The notes beneath the pieces were generated by a model that saw only the letters and a program-made list of their open reading frames with translations, was not told the DNA's origin and ran no database searches. Below are positions 58,742 to 64,000 of a stretch of DNA of 64,000 nucleotides, one piece after another (the first letter of the stretch is position 1; the number at the start of each line of letters is the position of its first letter). The stretch is from positions 23,864 through 87,863 of the forward strand of contig DATMBF010000028.1 in assembly GCA_035559595.1 (NCBI GenBank), given 5' to 3'. A program made the position numbers and the translations under genes. The DNA is from Bacteroidota bacterium. GTDB lineage: Bacteria; Bacteroidota; Ignavibacteria; UBA10030.

Positions 58742-60043
58742 TCATTCATAATAGTAACCCAAAACAATGCACATTTCGTCTTCACTCGTCAATCCGAACC
58801 GAATGATCCTCTCTGTTTCATTATTGTAAACAACCTCGATGCGATACCCCCACCCTGGCTCGATTTCGATAAGCCGTGGAAAAGCGGCACTCGGAAATGT
58901 AACATTGGGGGGATGATCCCAGCTATGATTCTCATAGACCAATGTCCCATCATAAGAGCCACCAACAAGAAAAATCTTGAATGACTCTCCCCGTTTATGG
59001 GTATGAGAAGAAAGAGAAAAAATCTTGATCGATCGATTATAGATGGTCGTTCTCGTAATCGTCGTCTTTTGCCTGGCAGGTAGCGTGAACCCGATGAAGT
59101 TATTGAAAATCGGCTTAGCGATTCTCAGCGTGTCGATCTTCGGCGCCGTAAAGAGATTCACAAAAACCTCACCGCTGATAATATCGCTTCCTTTGTTGAC
59201 ATAATGGGAATTTAAGTCAAATCCTTGGTCTGGCGCCAGGGGCATAGCCACACCTGCCGGCAGATCGTAGGCCAGGTAAGGCGTCTGTGCGCCGATCATG
59301 TACTCCCTGCCGGATCGAAAAAGCTCTTCGTTGATCGCCGAATACAGATCCCTCTGTTGACCCTCGACCAGGTCATTACCGAAGTATTTGTAGAGAATGA
59401 AATGGTGACTCCCCCCTCTCATCTTGATCTCAACGCGCGTCACGTAGAGGGTATCGCTAGTGTTAATCTTGCCGTACACGAATATCTCCCTTTCTTTTCC
59501 CGGATCGATAGCAAACGGGCGGAGGTGCAGTTGAATTCCTTGCCCTGGAGGGGTAAGCGGCGTGAAATCGTCCTGACTAACAATCGGATCCTTAAGAAGT
59601 CGAACATCCGCCACAATTCCGTCCTGAGGAGCACCCCCCGCGATCCACTGACGCACGAATTCCCTGTACTGGCTTGGAAGCTGATTGGAGCCAAACGGCA
59701 TTCTCTCCCCATATCCTGCCCTTATCGGCTGATCGATCTTATGGAAGAGGAAGCTCCTCATGGGATCACCCGGTTTGATCCTCTTCAGTCCGTCATTTTT
59801 AGCCATCGTGTTGGATGGATCGATATCCACAAGGTTTCCGAACGACTCATCCGCGGCCAGAGATAGTCCACCTGCACGGCTCGTCGAGTTGTGACATCCA
59901 GCCGTGGCACATTGCCGATCGAAGACAACGTGTTGCATAACCGTAAACGTGGGGAGATTTTCGAGATTCGAGGGCTCCGGTGGTACTCCCTGATCACATC
60001 CAACAAGAAATAGAAGAAGAACAAAAAATTGGCGGGCCTTCAT
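58742..60043 (-). CDS. lipoprotein with N-terminal PSCyt1-like cytochrome c-type domain (C-X4-C-H) plus about 300-aa uncharacterized C-terminal domain
   Basis: Start at internal ATG (MKARQFFVLLLFLVGC), which gives a lipobox; the track start is TTG. The N-terminal domain (CATAGCHNS...GGLSL...PGDPMRSFLFHKI...RMP...REFVRQWIAGGA) is paralogous to the 12386..12787 protein. Confidence 0.55.
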   Translation of the reverse strand: MKARQFFVLLLFLVGCDQGVPPEPSNLENLPTFTVMQHVVFDRQCATAGCHNSTSRAGGLSLAADESFGNLVDIDPSNTMAKNDGLKRIKPGDPMRSFLFHKIDQPIRAGYGERMPFGSNQLPSQYREFVRQWIAGGAPQDGIVADVRLLKDPIVSQDDFTPLTPPGQGIQLHLRPFAIDPGKEREIFVYGKINTSDTLYVTRVEIKMRGGSHHFILYKYFGNDLVEGQQRDLYSAINEELFRSGREYMIGAQTPYLAYDLPAGVAMPLAPDQGFDLNSHYVNKGSDIISGEVFVNLFTAPKIDTLRIAKPIFNNFIGFTLPARQKTTITRTTIYNRSIKIFSLSSHTHKRGESFKIFLVGGSYDGTLVYENHSWDHPPNVTFPSAAFPRLIEIEPGWGYRIEVVYNNETERIIRFGLTSEDEMCIVLGYYYE

Positions 60044-60085
60044 TCTGCCGGGCAAAATACTAAACAAAAGTCCCTTTCCCAATGC

Positions 60086-60115
60086 AAAAAAAAAGCCGAC
60101 GGGGTCTCCGTCGGC
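60086..60115 (-). terminator. rho-independent terminator downstream of HU gene
   Basis: Perfect 8-bp stem GCCGACGG with loop GGTCT and CCGTCGGC. On the minus strand it is followed by a 9-nt T run. Confidence 0.6.
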
Positions 60116-60140
60116 ACTAGGAAATTGAAGATTCTAAGCC

Positions 60141-60428
60141 TTACTTTGCACCAAGAACGGCTTCTTTGGCCGCCTTTGCGACGCGGAATTTCAACACGGT
60201 CTTGGCCGGAATCTGAATCTGCTCACCCGTGGCAGGATTTCGTCCCATTCGCGCTTTCCGGTCAACTAACACGAGCTTGCCGATCCCCGGAATCGTGAAG
60301 GAATTTCGCGCTTCTCGATATGCAAGGTTTGCCATTTCCTCGAGAATCCCCACGGCCACTTTCTTCTTCAGATCAAACTTGCTGGCAATGTGCGCAGCAA
60401 TCTGGCTTTTCGACATGGCTTTGCCCAT
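60141..60428 (-). CDS. hup: HU family DNA-binding protein
   Basis: GIGKLVLVDRKARMGRNPATGEQIQIPAKTVLKFRVAKAAKEA is the HU/IHF beta-arm signature. The likely start is MSKSQI at 60416. Confidence 0.85.
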   Translation of the reverse strand: MGKAMSKSQIAAHIASKFDLKKKVAVGILEEMANLAYREARNSFTIPGIGKLVLVDRKARMGRNPATGEQIQIPAKTVLKFRVAKAAKEAVLGAK

Positions 60429-61065
60429 AAATGCTTCCTTTAAAATTAGTTAGGTATAGGGGTTATTTAAAGTATACTTGAAACTAAAGCTTGTAGTTCG
60501 TTAGCATACAACCAAAATCAAAATTCGCCTGAAAATATAAGGGTTTTGGAAGGAAAGTCAATAGAAAACTTCAGAATTCCTTAGGAAAAATTAGGATTTT
60601 TCAGAAAGTGTCGAATTTGATGGAAAAAAGGCACTTCCGGATGGAAATTCTTCTGGTTTCTCGACGCTTTGCTACATGCCTGCACCCTTTAAGGAGGATG
60701 GGCTGATTCATATACCATCATCAAGCCCCACCATCGCTATTGCTCTGTGGAGCTCTTTTTCTGTTTTTTCCCCCACAGTGAATCTTCTCGCTGGACTTCC
60801 TCAAAAAGCTGTCCGACAACTTTTCAAAAAAGGGTCACTGCGAAAGAGTACACAATTCGAACAACAAATTTCTTCCAGATAGATTTTTTTGAAAGAGTTT
60901 ATGATTTGATTACACACATGTGCTTGTGTTTTAATTATTTCTTGTCTAAGTTTGCCACCGACCTAATTCACTCCAGAGCAAAGGAACCATCAACCCACGA
61001 TGACGAACCCTCGGTTCTTTGCCTCACATCTTCTAACTCATTTACTTTCAAATCATGGAGGATTT
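60429..61065. promoter_or_regulatory. 640-bp AT-rich divergent intergenic/promoter region (HU gene leftward, Oar-like receptor gene rightward)
   Basis: A long non-coding stretch with low GC between divergently oriented starts. There is no credible ORF, only short low-complexity ORFs. Confidence 0.35.
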
Positions 61066-64000
61066 ATGATACAACACCGGACTAGGTGGTCCGCGATTTT
61101 GATCTTTGTCCTTCTTGCGGGCCTCAGTGCATTGCATGCACAGGGTGTTACAACAGCCGGAATGTACGGCTCCGTGTTGGACAAGGATGGAAATCCCCTG
61201 CCGGGTGCAAACATTATCGCGCTCCATACCCCCAGCGGAACCACGTACGGTACCACGAGCCGTGAAGATGGATCCTACAATCTTCCCGGACTTCGTGTCG
61301 GCGGGCCGTATACGCTTACGGTTTCGTTTGTGGGATATACAAAGGAAGAGCGCACGGATCTGCACTTACAACTCGGACAAAGTTTACGTCAGGATTTTCG
61401 TTTAACGGAAGAGGCAGTGCAGGTTGGAGTCGTAGAAGTCACTGCTGAGCGAAGCGCTCTGCTGAATGCCGACCGAACCGGAGCGGGAACGTCCGTCAGC
61501 AGGCAGGCCATTGCGACGCTCCCCACGATCTCCCGGCGAATCGAAGATTTCGTTCGTCTCACTCCGCAATACAGCGGCGCAGGCTTCGGCTTCTCTTTTG
61601 CGGGACAGGATAACCGACTGAACAATGTCACTGTCGATGGATCATACTTCAACAACTCATTCGGTCTTGCAGGCCAGCCCGGCGATCGAACCGGTGTCGC
61701 ACCGATTTCTCTCGATGCTATCGAGCAGGTGCAGGTGAACATTGCCCCTTACGATGTTCGACAAGGAAACTTCGTTGGCGCGGGAGTCAATACTGTGACG
61801 CGAAGTGGAACAAACAACTTTGCAGGATCGATTTATTATCAGCGTCGGCACAACGGACTTGTTGGAACGAAGGCAAAAGCGAACAATTTCGATCCCGGAA
61901 AGTTTGAATTCAATCAATTCGGCATAAACGTATCGGGCCCGATTATCGAAAACAAACTGTTCTTTTTTACAAGCTTTGAAAACGAAAACACTCTGCAACC
62001 CGGAACCACGTTCCGTGCAAACAAAGGCGGTGAGCCGGTTGGTGGCACTGTGACAAGGGTCCTGGAATCAGACCTCATAACATTGAGTAATTATCTCAAG
62101 ACAAATTTTGGCTACGATACAGGGCCGTATCAAGGGTACGACTTCGAGACGCCCGGACTTCGTTTCCTTGCTCGGTTGGATTATAATCTTGATGAGCGAA
62201 ACAAAATCAGCCTCCGTTATACGCATCTGGACTCTGATACCGATGTGCTCGTTTCCAACTCATCCTCGCTTGGGTTCGGTAATCGTCGCAGCAATACCAC
62301 CGGTCTCAACTTCAAGAACTCCAACTACAAGATCCTTGAGAACATCCGATCGGTCGTTGGTGAATGGAATGCGATTCTCGCCGACAACATGTCGAACAGC
62401 CTCATTGTTGGATACTCGTATCATGATGAAAGTCGTGAACCGGTAGGCCAATTCTTCCCCATGGTCGACATTCTGAACGCAGGAACAGTATACACAACGT
62501 TCGGTTTCGAGCCGTTCACACCCAACAACGAGCTCCGCTATAGCAGTCTCCAACTTCAAGACAACTTCAGCATGTATCTTGACAAGCACTATTTGACGTT
62601 TGGATTGAGTGTGGAGCGATACGAGTCTGAAAACGTATTCTTCCCTGGCTCTCAAAGCGTCTATGTGTATAACTCACTTGCAGACTTCTACACAGACGCA
62701 AACGGTTATCTCGCAAACCCGAACCGAACCGTGTCACCAGTTACCTTGCGTCGCTTTCAGGTGCGATGGTCAAACATCCCCGGGCAGACAAAGCCGATTC
62801 AGCCCCTTGAGGTCTTCTATGCCGGCGTCTATGCACAAGACGAATACCGCGTCATGGACAATCTTAAGCTCACCCTTGGGCTTCGGCTTGACGTTCCATT
62901 CTTCGGCGACACGGGATACGAAAACCCGTTGGCAGATGCGCTGGTCTTCAGGGACGAGAAGGGCAATAACGTTCAATACAAAACAAAGAAGCTTCCTGAT
63001 CCCAATATTCTTTGGTCACCCCGCCTCGGCTTCAACTATGACGTGATGGGAGATCGTTCGACTCAGGTTCGCGGAGGAACGGGAATTTTCACCGGACGAC
63101 CGGCATACGTTTGGATTTCCAACCAGATCGGAAACACGGGAGTCCTCACGGGCTTTGAACAGCGCGACAACACCACCACCAGGCCATTTCATCCGGATCC
63201 AAATCACTATAAGCCGACAAACGTCACGGGTGCACCAGCCTCAAGTTACGAGCTTGCACTTACCGACCCGGATTTCAAATTCCCTCAATTGTGGCGGAGC
63301 AATATCGCTATTGACCAGGCCCTGCCGTTTGATTTTGTCGGTACGGTTGAATTCCTTTATAGCAAGGACGTCAACGGCGTCTACTACATTAATGCTAACC
63401 TGCCGGCTCCACAGACTCGGTTTAACGGTGTTGACCAGCGTCCACGCTGGACAAGCAACCGCATTTATTCCAACGTGGCAAACGCTATTGTCTTGAAAAA
63501 CCAGGATGTCGGTTCCTCGTGGAACATCGCTGCTACCCTTGAATACCCGTATCGTGATGGTCTCTTCGCCAAAATCGGCTACAGCTATGGCGAGGCCAAA
63601 AACACCGTCGATCCGGGATCTATCGCGTTCGGTTCGTGGAACAACAATCAGCATGCTGGTGATCCGAACAATCCGGGCCTGGGATTTGCAGCAACATCTC
63701 CGGGAAATCGGATCTTCGCGGCTGTTTCTTATCGAAGGGAGTACTTCGATATCGGTGCAACAACAATTGCCGTATTCTTCGAAGGACGACCGAACGGAAG
63801 CGCGAGCTATGTGTTTTCGGGTGACATCAACGGTGACGGCGGCACAAGTAACGACCTCATCTACATCCCAAGAGATGCATCCGAAATGAACTTCGAGCAG
63901 TTCACTTCCGGCACTCGAACCTTCACCGTCGCCGAACAGCAGGCTGCTTGGGAGGCCTTCATTAAACAGGATCCTTACCTCAGTAAGAACCGTGGAAAGT
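61066..64000 (+). CDS. Oar-like TonB-dependent receptor / carboxypeptidase-regulatory-like domain outer-membrane protein (3' partial, continues beyond window)
   Basis: Not in the ORF track because it has no stop inside the window. My reading from the ATG (MIQHRTRWSAILIFVLLAGLSALHAQ) through to base 64000, about 978 aa, found no stop codon. The CarboxypepD_reg-like segment GSVLDKDGNPLPGANIIALHTPSGTTYGTTSREDGSYNL, a plug and beta-barrel-like repeats are present. The start coordinate is accurate to about 1 nt. Confidence 0.7.
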   Translation, partial: MIQHRTRWSAILIFVLLAGLSALHAQGVTTAGMYGSVLDKDGNPLPGANIIALHTPSGTTYGTTSREDGSYNLPGLRVGGPYTLTVSFVGYTKEERTDLHLQLGQSLRQDFRLTEEAVQVGVVEVTAERSALLNADRTGAGTSVSRQAIATLPTISRRIEDFVRLTPQYSGAGFGFSFAGQDNRLNNVTVDGSYFNNSFGLAGQPGDRTGVAPISLDAIEQVQVNIAPYDVRQGNFVGAGVNTVTRSGTNNFAGSIYYQRRHNGLVGTKAKANNFDPGKFEFNQFGINVSGPIIENKLFFFTSFENENTLQPGTTFRANKGGEPVGGTVTRVLESDLITLSNYLKTNFGYDTGPYQGYDFETPGLRFLARLDYNLDERNKISLRYTHLDSDTDVLVSNSSSLGFGNRRSNTTGLNFKNSNYKILENIRSVVGEWNAILADNMSNSLIVGYSYHDESREPVGQFFPMVDILNAGTVYTTFGFEPFTPNNELRYSSLQLQDNFSMYLDKHYLTFGLSVERYESENVFFPGSQSVYVYNSLADFYTDANGYLANPNRTVSPVTLRRFQVRWSNIPGQTKPIQPLEVFYAGVYAQDEYRVMDNLKLTLGLRLDVPFFGDTGYENPLADALVFRDEKGNNVQYKTKKLPDPNILWSPRLGFNYDVMGDRSTQVRGGTGIFTGRPAYVWISNQIGNTGVLTGFEQRDNTTTRPFHPDPNHYKPTNVTGAPASSYELALTDPDFKFPQLWRSNIAIDQALPFDFVGTVEFLYSKDVNGVYYINANLPAPQTRFNGVDQRPRWTSNRIYSNVANAIVLKNQDVGSSWNIAATLEYPYRDGLFAKIGYSYGEAKNTVDPGSIAFGSWNNNQHAGDPNNPGLGFAATSPGNRIFAAVSYRREYFDIGATTIAVFFEGRPNGSASYVFSGDINGDGGTSNDLIYIPRDASEMNFEQFTSGTRTFTVAEQQAAWEAFIKQDPYLSKNRGK

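Noticed and set aside
1-64000. CRISPR arrays, transposases, integrases, restriction-modification or other defense genes
   Set aside because: I scanned for short direct repeats with regular spacing and for recombinase, nuclease or helicase motifs in all ORFs and found none. The only mobile-element-like trace is the decayed DUF559-like remnant at 24475..25156.

Overview
This 64 kb window looks like a gene-dense chromosomal segment of a Gram-negative, non-proteobacterial organism, probably FCB group (Ignavibacteria- or Bacteroidota-like); that guess rests on the type IX secretion C-terminal sorting domains, a GH57/GH13 starch locus and the LPS genes. GC is about 50% and nearly every large ORF is credible. 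The content, left to right:
- 177-11754: an LPS core / surface-polysaccharide assembly cluster with a FemAB-like acyltransferase, GT1 and GT4 transferases, a GT-C ArnT-like transferase, a Wzy/O-antigen-ligase-like protein, two tandem GT9 heptosyltransferases and an MsbA-like ABC exporter.
- 11826-17326: a DUF971 gene, tRNA-Ala(GGC), a small cytochrome-c-like lipoprotein, nadK, a DUF1844 gene, a GT2 transferase and leuS.
- 17420-23562: a four-gene partner-switching operon with two GAF-PP2C phosphatases (one with a polytopic membrane sensor), an RsbW-like kinase and an RsbV-like STAS protein; a MATE exporter follows.
- 23663-27562: a TPR protein, tRNA-Arg(CCG), a frameshifted DUF559/Vsr-like endonuclease remnant, a third GT9 heptosyltransferase, an LpxL/HtrB-type lipid A late acyltransferase and YjbQ.
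- 27629-37556 and 53406-57993: a maltodextrin/starch utilization locus with lipoprotein GH13 amylases, MalEFG-type ABC import, a GH57 enzyme with a C-terminal CBM, a GH13 pullulanase-like enzyme carrying a T9SS C-terminal domain, a SurA-like PPIase and a LacI regulator.
- 37563-43889: a carbamoyltransferase module (SxtJ-like, NodU/CmcH-type carbamoyltransferase, DUF5989) next to two tandem paralogous membrane-anchored SGNH-like/TPR proteins.
- 43949-53385: a T9SS-sorted protein of tandem starch-binding-like modules, then an operon of a TonB-dependent receptor, a 1228-aa Asp-rich Ca-binding-repeat protein with a T9SS C-terminal domain, and a PorV/PorP-like outer-membrane barrel.
- 58316-64000: a hotdog thioesterase, a larger paralog of the cytochrome-c-like lipoprotein, HU, and a long Oar-like TonB-dependent receptor ORF that runs off the window end and is missing from the supplied ORF track.
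I saw no CRISPR array, no transposase or integrase, and no recognizable defense system. The most unusual items are the two paralogous PSCyt1-like proteins with a conserved C-X4-C-H motif, the carbamoyltransferase plus SGNH-TPR paralog pair, and the receptor / giant Ca-binding T9SS cargo / PorV-like operon. All homology calls come from motif recognition by eye, not from searches.
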